Source of the DNA: a virus
Length of the DNA: 64,000 nucleotides
Strand: one strand, 5' to 3'
IMG/VR virus record: IMGVR_UViG_3300044653_000098
Location: 77,725 to 141,724 of that record
The stretch's first letter is position 1. Every line of letters begins with the position of its first letter. Shown piece by piece: positions 46,078 to 56,038 of this stretch. Under the pieces are notes generated by a model. It was given only the letters and a program-made list of their open reading frames with translations, was not told where the DNA came from and did not search any database. Both the position numbers and the translations under genes were made by a program.

Positions 46078-46292
46078 CCACATCGATGCTCACGCTGCGA
46101 GTTGTCCTGGTATCCGGTTCGGCGTTTCTTGCCCGTCGTCCTATCCGGCCCGGCCCCGTCCAAGCGCTCCCGCGGAGATAGCTGTTGTGGCGGGGCCCGG
46201 TCGTATGATAGAGTTGCTTTCGTAACCGCCCGGACCTGCCTATCAGTGCGACGCAGCCGGGCGGACCGCTTTTCCGGGCCGATGAGCCGGCC

Positions 46293-46787
46293 ATGGACCT
46301 GTCCGGCGCCACCCTGGCTGAGCTGAACGCCGAGCTGATCACGCGCACCGCCCCGGTCGAGTCGCTCGACCGGCTGTTTGCGTTGCCTGATTGGGTGACC
46401 GACCCGGATCTGTGCAACTCCTACGAGGTGCTGGTCGCCCGGCTCCGGAGAGAGACCGACCACCTGCCCCTGAACACGCTCCAGCAGATGAGGATCGAGC
46501 GGATCGTCTTCAACTACATCGTGCTGAAGTTCAGGGAGTCTCACGCGGGCAGCGACCACCAGTTCACGGACCACCTCAAGGACTGGAACACCTACTGGGC
46601 CTCGATCACCCGGGAGTTCGACGCGGTGCTGCGCGCCTGGCAGCCCAAAGAGCAGGACGCGATCATGCACATGGTGAAGCTGGCCGTCGAAGAGGTGATC
46701 GCGACGATCGAGGACACCGGGGTGCGCAATGACCTCGTGCGGAGGTTCCCCGACACCTTCAAGCGCATGGGCCTGATCAGCGCCTGA
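46293..46787 (+). CDS. hypothetical protein, candidate terminase small subunit
   Basis: First gene of the late block (CCGAT-N9-ATG); helical; function inferred from position. Confidence 0.5.
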   Translation: MDLSGATLAELNAELITRTAPVESLDRLFALPDWVTDPDLCNSYEVLVARLRRETDHLPLNTLQQMRIERIVFNYIVLKFRESHAGSDHQFTDHLKDWNTYWASITREFDAVLRAWQPKEQDAIMHMVKLAVEEVIATIEDTGVRNDLVRRFPDTFKRMGLISA

Positions 46788-46800
46788 CGAAGTATCGTGC

Positions 46801-47379
46801 GTGGCTGGCTACCTGGACAAGCTCCTGGGACTCGCCGCGGTGCGGGTGCCGGAGTACCAGCGCCGGAGCGCGAAGGGCGGCGCGGTAAGCGTCTCCAGCT
46901 ATACCCGCATGGGCCGCGACGCGATGCAGTCCCACCTGACCTCCTCGCACGGGATGGACGCCCGCGGGCTGGGAAAGGACTTCAGCCACCCGACCAGCCT
47001 CGCCGCTTGGCACGGCGCCGACCACGTCGCCCGCGGCGACGGGCTGGACCACCAGCACCCCGAGGGCATCGCGGCGCACGCCGACCACGCCGTGGCTCAT
47101 GAGAGCGAGCATGGCCACGGGCTCGGGGCTGTGGCCGGCCACATGGCGGTCTGGGAGGCCCCTGCTATCGCCCACCGTGAGGTGCGCCGGACCGTCGACC
47201 GCCAGACGCGCCGCCGGCTCTACCGGCTGGACAAGCACCGCGGTGGCTCGAAGAAGCGCCCAGGAGGCGGCTTCGCGTCCGGTGTGGCGTCAGGAGCGTC
47301 GGGCTCCTCCTCCGGTGGGGGCGGAGGATCGGGTGGCTCAGGGAGCAGCTCAGGCTCGTCTGGAGGCAACAGCCAGTGA
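46801..47379 (+). CDS. His-rich hypothetical protein with Gly/Ser tail
   Basis: VRVPEYQR..VSVSSYTR motif; His clusters. Confidence 0.6.
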   Translation: MAGYLDKLLGLAAVRVPEYQRRSAKGGAVSVSSYTRMGRDAMQSHLTSSHGMDARGLGKDFSHPTSLAAWHGADHVARGDGLDHQHPEGIAAHADHAVAHESEHGHGLGAVAGHMAVWEAPAIAHREVRRTVDRQTRRRLYRLDKHRGGSKKRPGGGFASGVASGASGSSSGGGGGSGGSGSSSGSSGGNSQ

Positions 47380-48380
47380 CGTACCTGGAGAGGCTCCTCG
47401 CGCTCACGCCGCAGACGCCCGAGGCGTCGACCGTGCCCAAGCCCATCCACCCTGGTGGCCCTGGTCTCTGGCACCATAAGAAATGGATGGCGCCACCCTA
47501 CGTGGAGCACGTCGCCCAGGCTCTGATGCGCCGGGGCAAGTCCGAGTCCGAGGCGTACCACCTGGCGGTCGGATTGATGCACTCATGGAGTGCAGGTCAC
47601 GACGGTCATGGACACCACGTGCACGCCGACGTCAAGGCGGCGGCCGCCGCCAACCTCGCCAAGTGGGAGGAGCTGCGCGGCCGCGCCCACGCCAGCCACT
47701 TGGCCAAGAAGGCAAAGGGGCACAGCAAGAGCCATCACGATCTCGCGGCGAGCGCTGCGTGGGACGAGATCGGTGAGCTGATGGTGGAGTTCGCCCGGAC
47801 CGCCCCGCTCGACATCATGGAGCTGGCCTCGGGCCCGACCTACTTCTACGACGCTTCGATGCTCAAGGGAGGATCGGAGGCCAGCGCGCCGGGCGCCAAG
47901 CGGATCACCAGCAACCAGCTGCGCCAGAATCCGAGCCAGACAGTTGCCGCCAACCCCCCGCTACCGCCCGGCGTCACGCTGCCCACCCCGGCCGAGCTGA
48001 ACCAGCTCGCCGCGAATATCTCCTCGGCCGGCCTGCCCGAGAGCGACCTCATCCGTGGCGCCCGCGATCACGCCAGGGCAGCAGCCATGAAGATGCAGGC
48101 TAACCAGCCGGTCGACGCGCTGCACATGCTGCGCGCGTGCCAGGCGGGGATCGTCTCAGCCCACCGGGAGTACAACGGCAGTCTCATCCCGGTGGCCAAT
48201 GTGTTCAGCGCGCGGCTGGCGCCTGCTGAAGCAGCCTCGGCGCGGGCCGAGATGTTCGAGGGACTGAAGACCCGCGACACCTTCCGCCAGCTGGCTACGC
48301 AGTGTGCGCAGTTCATCGACCGGATCCGCCGTCACATCTTCCATGGTTTGTATAACCACATGGCCGAGGCAAGGTTCTAG
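47376..48380 (+). CDS. hypothetical protein (probable head-associated)
   Basis: PPYVEHVAQALMRRGKSESEAYHLAV..WEEL. Confidence 0.6.
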   Translation: MTYLERLLALTPQTPEASTVPKPIHPGGPGLWHHKKWMAPPYVEHVAQALMRRGKSESEAYHLAVGLMHSWSAGHDGHGHHVHADVKAAAAANLAKWEELRGRAHASHLAKKAKGHSKSHHDLAASAAWDEIGELMVEFARTAPLDIMELASGPTYFYDASMLKGGSEASAPGAKRITSNQLRQNPSQTVAANPPLPPGVTLPTPAELNQLAANISSAGLPESDLIRGARDHARAAAMKMQANQPVDALHMLRACQAGIVSAHREYNGSLIPVANVFSARLAPAEAASARAEMFEGLKTRDTFRQLATQCAQFIDRIRRHIFHGLYNHMAEARF

Positions 48381-48997
48381 TGGACAAGGTCACCCGCCTG
48401 CTGCAGCTCGCTGCACAGGACATCAGCCCGTCGAGCACCATGATCTACCTGCAGGCCCCGCCAGCGCTGTTTCCTGGTGAGGTGATCGATAAGCCCGGCC
48501 ACCTCACCGTGGTGTATCTGGGCAAGGTCGGGCAGGCCGAGTTCACCACCGCCTGCGAGCGGGCGAAGTCCGCGGCCGGCGCGGTGCCGCCGATCCACGC
48601 CACGGTTGGCGGCCTTGGCTCGTTCGAGCCGACGGAGAACTCCGACGGCAAGAAGGTCTACTACTGCCCCGTCTACGGCGACGGCATTCACTGGCTGCGT
48701 GCGCTGCTGGCCGACCTCGCCGCGCCGAACGCGCTGCCGTTCGTCCCGCACATCACCCTGGCCTACGCGGACGAGGGCGATGACCCCCCGCCTCCGGTCA
48801 CCAGCGGCCGGCTGTGCTTCACCCAGCTGTACGTCGCCCGCGGCGCGCAGATCTGCGCCTACCCGCTGAAAGGCGGCCACGAGCCGCACGGTTCCGGTCA
48901 GCACATGCGGGACCGGCGGCCGGGCGAGGCTCCGCTGAGCCGGATCGACGCTGTGGTGGAGCTGGCCGACAAGGTGGCGCCGGGATGGCGTACCTAA
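48380..48997 (+). CDS. 2H phosphoesterase (2'-5' RNA ligase family)
   Basis: Two HxT motifs: HLTVVYLG and FVPHITLAY. Confidence 0.8.
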   Translation: MDKVTRLLQLAAQDISPSSTMIYLQAPPALFPGEVIDKPGHLTVVYLGKVGQAEFTTACERAKSAAGAVPPIHATVGGLGSFEPTENSDGKKVYYCPVYGDGIHWLRALLADLAAPNALPFVPHITLAYADEGDDPPPPVTSGRLCFTQLYVARGAQICAYPLKGGHEPHGSGQHMRDRRPGEAPLSRIDAVVELADKVAPGWRT

Positions 48998-49104
48998 TAC
49001 TGAGGTGGCGTGCAGCCGGTCCTCTTGCGGTCTTGCCCGGCGTCTGGCAGCAAAGCCGGACCGCGTCAGCTGCCAGGCACGCCACCTCGCAGTACGATGG
49101 ACGT

Positions 49105-49284
49105 ATGACTGTTCCCGAAGCTCGCAAGCACATCGGCCACCGGGTGCGCTACCAGATCGGCGCCTGGGTGCAGTTCGGCCACATCACCTGGGCTGGCCAG
49201 GGGCAGGTGCTGGCCCTGTTCGACGGCGCGTGCCATCCGCGGTCTGTCTGCCCTGGGGCGCTCAAGCTGGCGCCCAGCCTGTAG
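49105..49284 (+). CDS. small SH3-like hypothetical protein
   Basis: TACGAT -10 element 6 nt upstream of ATG; IGHRVRY. Confidence 0.45.
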   Translation: MTVPEARKHIGHRVRYQIGAWVQFGHITWAGQGQVLALFDGACHPRSVCPGALKLAPSL

Positions 49285-49305
49285 CGGGCGCCGATGTAGC
49301 AGGGC

Positions 49306-50142
49306 ATGACGACTGCCCTGGACAAGGTGCTCGCCGCGACTGCGGAGCTGACCTCCCCTGCGCCGCTCAGTGACGAGGAAGAGGCCATCCGCACCACGGT
49401 GCTGGTCGAGGCCGCCGGCTCCGCGGTGGCCGAGGCGTGCCGCCTGCTCGGCGGGGTGTCTCTGGACGCCTGCCCCTCGGCCGTGGTCGAGGCCGCCGCC
49501 AGCCTGCTCGGCGCCAGCCTCGCCTTTGAAGGGCTGGAACTGGCTCCGGACGACGACTGGGTCGAAGCCACCGCGCTCGACGTCACCGCGCTGGCCCTGG
49601 CCGGGGCTTCTGGTTCCTCGAAGCCGTACGGAGACGTATCGTACGCAGACCCCGGCTACCAGCAAGATGGCAAGAAGCGCTATCCGCTGGACAGCAAGCA
49701 CCTGCGGGCAGCGATCTCCTATTTCAGCCAGTCCGACAACCGTGAGCCGTACACCTCGGAGCAGATCAAGGCCATCTGGGGCAGGATCAAGTCGGCCGCG
49801 AGCAAGGCGGGTATCAACCTGTCGCCCTCCACGGGCAAGGTCGCTGCGTCTGCGCCCCTGGACATGGCCGGCCTGCTGGAGCTGGCCGCCAAGGGCCAGC
49901 AGTTCCCCGAGCGCGTCATCAAGAACCACCCCCGATTCCACGGCGGCCACGAGCACGACCACATGCACCTGAACGACAACCGGCACGGGCCGTCGGTGGC
50001 CGGGTTCGCCGCGGGCGGGAACAACTCGATCACCGCCTACAACCACCCGCCCATGACCGGGATGCACGCCCACGCTCACGTGCACGCCAACGACGCCACT
50101 CACGGCCCCATGCGGGCGCACGATGACGACGACTGGGGCTGA
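49306..50142 (+). CDS. hypothetical head-associated protein (DUF6582-like domain, His-rich C-terminus)
   Basis: KPYGDVSYADPGYQQDGKKRYPLDSKHLRAAISYF..RIKSAA. Confidence 0.6.
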   Translation: MTTALDKVLAATAELTSPAPLSDEEEAIRTTVLVEAAGSAVAEACRLLGGVSLDACPSAVVEAAASLLGASLAFEGLELAPDDDWVEATALDVTALALAGASGSSKPYGDVSYADPGYQQDGKKRYPLDSKHLRAAISYFSQSDNREPYTSEQIKAIWGRIKSAASKAGINLSPSTGKVAASAPLDMAGLLELAAKGQQFPERVIKNHPRFHGGHEHDHMHLNDNRHGPSVAGFAAGGNNSITAYNHPPMTGMHAHAHVHANDATHGPMRAHDDDDWG

Positions 50143-50259
50143 GCGCGTAGTAGCTTCAGGGCGGCCCGGCGGGAAGGTGTGGTCCGGAGCAAATCTCCGG
50201 CACGGCATCAATGAGGGCCAGCATGAATCACACCCGCCGGGCCGCCCGATCACTTCTGC

Positions 50260-52266
50260 GTGACAGCCTGGGATCTGTCCGGCGCTGTCGAGCGCCGGGT
50301 AACGGCAGCCGCCGCCTCTCTCGATGACTTCGAGCACGAGCTGCCGGTCCCGCTTGATGTCTTCGTGCAGGACACCCGCTACCTGGGCAACCCGCCGCTG
50401 AGCCCGGAGCAGTACGAGGCGGTCCGGCACGCCGAGCGCATCTACATGGCCGAGACCTACCCGATCCTGGCCTCGGTGGATGACCCGGCCATCGCCTCCT
50501 ACTGGGCGCAGCCCTGCCGGATGGTCAACTTCCTGGACCTGGAGTGGGGCAAGGGCTCGGGCAAGGACCACTCCAGCCGGATCATGAACCTGAGAGTGGT
50601 CTACCTGCTGCTGTGCCTGAAGAGCCCGCAGCAGTATTTCCAGATGCCTGAGCAGGACACCATCCACACCCTCAACGTCGCGACCTCCTCGGCCCAGGCC
50701 GGCCGCGCGTTCTTCGCTCCCATGCGCCGGGCTGTGTCCCGGCCTGGCAACTGGTTCGCCCACGTCTCCGAGGCGGTGGAGGCAGGCGGCGGGGCCCGGC
50801 GGGAGACCCGTGCGCTGCTCAACCTCATCCGCTTTGATAAGAACATCGAGGCGATCTCCGGCCACTCCGACGCCGACAGCCAGGAGGGCCTGAACCTGCT
50901 CTTCGGTGTGGCGGACGAGGTCGATGGCTTCAAGAGCCAGGCCGAGCTGGAGAAGGAACGTGGTGCCAGGGCCCGGGAGAGCGCCAGCTCGGCCGAGGCC
51001 ATCCTCAACATGCTGCGCACGTCGGCGGCCACCCGGTTCCCGCACACCTACAAGAACGTCCGGATCAGCTACCCGCGCTATCTCGGGTCCACGATCCAGA
51101 AGCTGGTCGAGAGGGCCAAGCTCGACAACCAGGTCCGCGGCGCACGCTCGCGCTACTACGTCTCCGGGCCCAAGTGCACCTGGGAGGTCAACCCGCGCAT
51201 CACCCGCGAGTCGCTGCAGCCGGACTACGACGACGACGCGGCGCTGGCCCGGGCCAAGTACGAGTGCCGCCCCGGCCGGGCGGTCAACCCCTACTTCGGC
51301 AACGAGATGGCAATCCGGGCCGCCTGCTTCCAGGTGGCCAAGGACCCGGTTACGGTCGTGGATTACGTGCGCGATGCCGGGGCGTGGGCGCCGTTCTACG
51401 ACTACGCGGACTACTTCCTGCCGATCCGCGGTGCCCGGTATGCGATGCACGCTGACCTGTCCGTCCGGGGCGACCGCGCGGGCGTGGCCATGAGCCACAT
51501 TGTCCGGTGGGACGAGCGCCAGGCGATCGGCCGCGGTCCCATGGGCGAGAACGTCTACCTGACGGAGAAGCGCCCGATCGTCAAGACCGACTTCGTGATC
51601 AGCTACGAGGCCGACGCCGGCCGTGAGCCGCCGCTGGAGATCCAGCTCCGGTGGTTCCGCCAGCTGGTGCTCGACCTGCGCACCCGCGGGTTCAACATCG
51701 TCCAGGCGTCCGCCGACGGCTACCAGAGCACCGACACCGCCCAGATCCTGCAGGCCCACGGCATCGAGTTCGTGATCCGCTCGACCGACCGCACCGAGGA
51801 GCACTGGTCGTCCCTGCGCGACGTGGCTTACGAAGGCCGGTGGACCATGCCGCTGCGCGAGCTGGCCATCACCGAGCTGCTGGGCCTGTCCCGGCTGCCG
51901 AACGGCAAGATCGACCACCTGGGCGACGGCTCCAAGGACGAGGCCGACGCCATCGCCTGCTCGATCTCCGGCGCGCTGGAGGTGCTGGGCGAGGAGGACC
52001 CGGACGGCCTGCAGGCGTGGCCCGCTGGCGTGATGGAGAACTGGGGCGGAACGCCACTGTTCAATCTGCCCATTGGCTTTGTGCCACCTAGCGTGTTCCG
52101 CCCGGACGAGGTCATGCCCACGCTGGTGGCTGTCGACGGCCGCGGGATGCCCATGTGGCTGCCCGATGCCACCGAGCCCGGATCGGACCAGTGCCCGTGC
52201 CGCGGGCAGGATGGCGTGGCCCGGTGCATGGAGTGCCGGATGGCCGTGACGCCCCGTCAGCAGTAG
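50260..52266 (+). CDS. terminase large subunit
   Basis: WGKGSGKD (Walker A), GVADE (Walker B), MHADLS, DGYQS, KIDH..GSKDEADA nuclease motifs. Confidence 0.9.
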   Translation: MTAWDLSGAVERRVTAAAASLDDFEHELPVPLDVFVQDTRYLGNPPLSPEQYEAVRHAERIYMAETYPILASVDDPAIASYWAQPCRMVNFLDLEWGKGSGKDHSSRIMNLRVVYLLLCLKSPQQYFQMPEQDTIHTLNVATSSAQAGRAFFAPMRRAVSRPGNWFAHVSEAVEAGGGARRETRALLNLIRFDKNIEAISGHSDADSQEGLNLLFGVADEVDGFKSQAELEKERGARARESASSAEAILNMLRTSAATRFPHTYKNVRISYPRYLGSTIQKLVERAKLDNQVRGARSRYYVSGPKCTWEVNPRITRESLQPDYDDDAALARAKYECRPGRAVNPYFGNEMAIRAACFQVAKDPVTVVDYVRDAGAWAPFYDYADYFLPIRGARYAMHADLSVRGDRAGVAMSHIVRWDERQAIGRGPMGENVYLTEKRPIVKTDFVISYEADAGREPPLEIQLRWFRQLVLDLRTRGFNIVQASADGYQSTDTAQILQAHGIEFVIRSTDRTEEHWSSLRDVAYEGRWTMPLRELAITELLGLSRLPNGKIDHLGDGSKDEADAIACSISGALEVLGEEDPDGLQAWPAGVMENWGGTPLFNLPIGFVPPSVFRPDEVMPTLVAVDGRGMPMWLPDATEPGSDQCPCRGQDGVARCMECRMAVTPRQQ

Positions 52267-52273
52267 GAGAGGT

Positions 52274-53251
52274 ATGTCAGAGATTCTTGCGACCGTGTCT
52301 TACGGTGGCGGTGTGCAGAGCACCGCGCTGCTGGTGCTGGCCGCCCAGGGGAAGCTGCCGATCAAGACGTTCCTGTTCGCGAACGTCGGGGACGACTCTG
52401 AATCGCCCTACACCACGGTCTACGTGAACGAGATAGCTGTTCCCTATGCCCAGGCGTACGGAGTCGAGCTGCATCAGCTGAAGCGCCATAAGCGCGACGG
52501 CAGTGTGGAGACGCTGTTCGGGCGTTTGACCAAGCCTGGGTCGCGCTCGCTGCCCATCCCGGTCCGGATGCCCGACACCGGGGCGCCTGGGACTCGCTCG
52601 TGCACACAGGATTTCAAGATCGAAGTCATCGGGAAGTGGCTGAAGGCCCACGGGGCGAGTGCAGAGAATCCTGCCGTCGTTGCGGTGGGGATCTCTTCAG
52701 ACGAGATCCACCGGATCAACGCGCGCAAGGTCCAAGGCTATGAGCGGCTGGCCTACCCGCTGGTGGGAGTGCTCGACGGCCGGTTCAGTGCAAAGGCATT
52801 TGACCAGATTGATACTCCGATGAGCCGCCTCGACTGCGAGGCGCTGACCCGTGAGCAGCCACTTCCCGGTGGCCCGGACGGGCCGCTGGCGGCACGGCTG
52901 CGTGAGATTTTCACGGAGCTGGCCCCGGTGACGCGGGCCGACCTGCTGAACTCGGGCTTCACTCAGCTTCCGCGCCCGGACAAGAGTGCCTGTTTTTTCT
53001 GCCCGTTCCACCGGCCCAAGGAATGGCTGCGGCAGCGTCGCCAGTCCCCGGAGCAGTTCCAGCGCGCGGTCGAGCTGGAGGATCTGCTGAACGAGCGTCG
53101 TGACGAGCTGGGCCGTGATCATGTCTACTTCACCAGGTTCGGCAAGCGGCTGGAGGATGCGATCCCTGACGTGGTTGACCCGGCCGACGTGTGGAAGTTC
53201 CCTGGGTTCGATGACGACGCGCATTGTGACAACGGCTATTGCATGACCTGA
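52274..53251 (+). CDS. PAPS-reductase-like (PP-loop) protein
   Basis: SYGGGVQST, RSCTQDFK, GISSDE, YPL, KSACFFCPF. Confidence 0.75.
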   Translation: MSEILATVSYGGGVQSTALLVLAAQGKLPIKTFLFANVGDDSESPYTTVYVNEIAVPYAQAYGVELHQLKRHKRDGSVETLFGRLTKPGSRSLPIPVRMPDTGAPGTRSCTQDFKIEVIGKWLKAHGASAENPAVVAVGISSDEIHRINARKVQGYERLAYPLVGVLDGRFSAKAFDQIDTPMSRLDCEALTREQPLPGGPDGPLAARLREIFTELAPVTRADLLNSGFTQLPRPDKSACFFCPFHRPKEWLRQRRQSPEQFQRAVELEDLLNERRDELGRDHVYFTRFGKRLEDAIPDVVDPADVWKFPGFDDDAHCDNGYCMT

Positions 53252-53266
53252 GCAGTAATAGCTGAC

Positions 53267-53626
53267 ATGATGACAGTTCTGAACTTCACTGCTGAGTGGG
53301 CCTGGGAGAACGCTGACCCGGAGCCGGAGAGCTACGGCTACGTGACCTTGCGGGCGCACGGTTTCGAGATCGCCCGGATCCCCATGGGTTTCTGGCACCG
53401 GGTGCGGCAGGACGAGCCCTCGGATGCTCAGGTCGAGGAGGTTGTCGGCGAGTGGCTGACCGACCGGCTGGCTGCCGGGCCGGTGGTGCGGGCGCTGGCG
53501 GCCGAGGCTGAGAGCCAGCGCGCTGAGGGCGAGGCCCGGCACTACGATGATGACCCGTCGAGCGAGTTGCACCTTTTTCTCGCGGAAGTGCTGGGCCGGA
53601 TCTCGGTCAGAGCATCTCTGGGCTGA
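53267..53626 (+). CDS. hypothetical protein
   Basis: GTAATAG-N5-ATG. Confidence 0.55.
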   Translation: MMTVLNFTAEWAWENADPEPESYGYVTLRAHGFEIARIPMGFWHRVRQDEPSDAQVEEVVGEWLTDRLAAGPVVRALAAEAESQRAEGEARHYDDDPSSELHLFLAEVLGRISVRASLG

Positions 53627-53737
53627 GATCCCCTCCTGGGTAGAGGATCAGCTTGCCCTGGAGCACGCGCCGATGGCGTAGGTGTGTCTGGAGGGCCCTT
53701 CATCATGCCTCCCTACCGCTTGGGGAGGTGATGCCTG

Positions 53738-55379
53738 ATGCCGTCTGAGGAACCGATTTTTGCTGATTATGTCGAGCTGGCCGGGCCGTCTGTGCCCGGA
53801 GCTGGCCTTGGTGTAATGCCTCCGGGCGGCATGTTACCTGGGGGTCACCACCCAGGGATTCGGACAAGAGGGATATGTCCTCTCAGACGATGACGTAGGC
53901 CCGCAGCCTCCCCCGCAGGAAGCCGACCTCTCGTTCGCCACGGGTGTCCCGTACTTCCTGCCGTTCGCCACGCCTTACCGCGACAGCTGGGAGGTGTTCC
54001 GGGAGGACCCGGTCACCATCAGCCAGCTGGTGTCCATGCGCCGCCAGGACGGCCAGGCACGTGCGCTGTACCGGCTGCTGACCATGCCGCTGCTCGCCGC
54101 GCTGAAGAACTGCGACGTGGTGCCGGTCGACGGCCAGCTCGGCGGGTCGGAGGAAGCAGCTTTCTGCAAGGATCTGCTCACGCTGCCCGCCTCCAGCGGG
54201 GGCATGACCCACAGCTTCGGCCGGTTCATCCGCCAGATGCTGCTCGCGCTGTTCAACGGCTTCAGCGCCTGGGAGATGGTCTACTGGGTGCCCACCACCG
54301 GGCCGCAGAAGGGCAAGATCACCCTTCGCAAGATCGACTGGCGCCCGGCCGAGACGCTGACCTTCCTGCTCGACGGCCAGGGCGAGTTCAACGGCTTCCG
54401 GCAGCGCACGTTCTTTCAGGGCCGCACGATCGACGTCAAGATCCCCAAGAACACCGCGGTCTACTATGCGCACGAGGAGGCAGAGCGCCCGTTTTATGGT
54501 GTTTCGATGTTCGAGAGCGCCTTCTACCACTACGACAAGAAGGTAAAGCTTTACTACATCGCCCACCTCGCGGCGCAGCGCTCCGCCGTCGGCATGCGCG
54601 TCGGCACGATGCCCCCGAACCCGGCCGCCCAGGACAAGAACAACTTCGTCCGCGGGCTGGCCGACCTGGGGCTGGCGCAGTACATGGTGGTGCCGAGCGC
54701 TGACTGGATCGTGCAGAGCCTCAAGGAAGATTCGAGCTTCGACTTCCTCGGCCTGATCAACCACCACAACAGCGAGATGAGCAAGTCCATCCTCGCCCAG
54801 TGGTTCGACCAGCAGCAGGGCGGCGGCCAGGGCGACAGCTCGCTGGTCGACTTCGGCAAGCAGTCCGACGTCACCTTCATGATGATGCTGGACGGCATCC
54901 TGGAGGAGATGGCCGAGGTCATCACCCAGCACATCTTCCCGCGGTTCGTGGACTGGAACTTCGGCTCGGGCAAGTACCCGCAGTTCAAGTGGGGGCCGCT
55001 GACCGGTGAGCAGAAGGCCGCGATCCAGGACACGTTCGACAAGCTCGCGCTGGCCGGCCAGAACGCCAACTGCACTCCCCAGTTCATGATGGAGCTGGAG
55101 AAGAAGATGGCCGGGGAGTTCGGGTTCGACATCGACTACGACACGATCGAGAAAGAGCAGGAAGCCCAGCACCAGCTCCAGCTCAAGATGGATCAGGCTC
55201 AGGCCAAGGCCCAGATCCAGGCCCTGCAGAACCCGGAGCAGCAGGCCGCGGGAGGCAGCGCCGGAACTACGGCTGGCGGCAGTGCAGGAGGCTCCTCGAA
55301 TGGCGGCAGCCAGGGCGGGGCGATGAGTACGCCAGGCAACCTGCTGCCCTCGGGCTTCCAGGCGAAGTCTGCTGCTTAG
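53738..55379 (+). CDS. portal protein (Mu gp29/DUF935-like), discontinuous reading frame at TTA 53834
   Basis: ALFNGFSAWEMVY, PFYGVSMF, HHNSEMSKSILAQ, FVDWNFG; GGAGGTG SD precedes ATG 53738 in a different frame from the body. Confidence 0.8.
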
Positions 55380-55381
55380 CT

Positions 55382-55693
55382 GTGTGCGACTCCTATCGCC
55401 TGCGGCCCGATGTCCTCAGCGGTTCGCGGCTGCCAGAGGGTTCAGCCTGGTTTGCTCCGGGAGGGATAATCATGCGGGCTCCGCGCGTGATCGGTGAAGA
55501 TGGAAAGATGCTGGGCTGTGAGAAGGAAGCTGAGTGTCCGTGGCCTGCTACGGGGATCGAGGTCACCGAGGACGGAGAGATCCGTCACTGCGAGCTGCAT
55601 GCCCCTCACGGGGTCCGGGTCACGGGCTGCACCTCCGAGCCGGACGCCTCTGGAGGGTTCGGTGTGCGAATCCTGGAGCCCGGAAGTGGCTGA
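55382..55693 (+). CDS. hypothetical protein
   Basis: CEKEAECPWPA..CELH. Confidence 0.45.
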   Translation: MCDSYRLRPDVLSGSRLPEGSAWFAPGGIIMRAPRVIGEDGKMLGCEKEAECPWPATGIEVTEDGEIRHCELHAPHGVRVTGCTSEPDASGGFGVRILEPGSG

Positions 55694-56036
55694 CGACCCG
55701 GTGCGCGATGCTCAGGACGCCCTCGTCGGGCTCGCCCGGGAGCTGGTGGACGAGCTGGCCGGAGCCCGGCTGCTGGAGATCGCGCTAGCACGCAAGCCCG
55801 AGCCTGCGGACAGCGCCCATGACGTCGGCGCCACGATCGGCGGCCGTAAGGTGCAGGCGGTGCTGTCCCACCCGCAGAGCCAGACGCTGATCTACGACCT
55901 CGGCGGAGGCCACTTCGCTGAGGAAATGGGCGGTAAGGTGGGCGGCGTCCTGCACAGCGATCAGTTCCGCCACGACCACATGCTGAAAAAAGGCTGGCGT
56001 GTGCGCGTAGCAGCGGGGAAGCCTGCGGAGTCCTGA
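55686..56036 (+). CDS. hypothetical protein
   Basis: GTG 55686; LLEIALA motif shared with other late proteins. Confidence 0.55.
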   Translation: MADDPVRDAQDALVGLARELVDELAGARLLEIALARKPEPADSAHDVGATIGGRKVQAVLSHPQSQTLIYDLGGGHFAEEMGGKVGGVLHSDQFRHDHMLKKGWRVRVAAGKPAES

Positions 56037-56038
56037 AC

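Noticed and set aside
46080-46290. Possible genome terminus or pac site between tRNAs and late genes
   Set aside because: Only a hairpin and non-coding DNA are visible; this cannot be supported without read-end data
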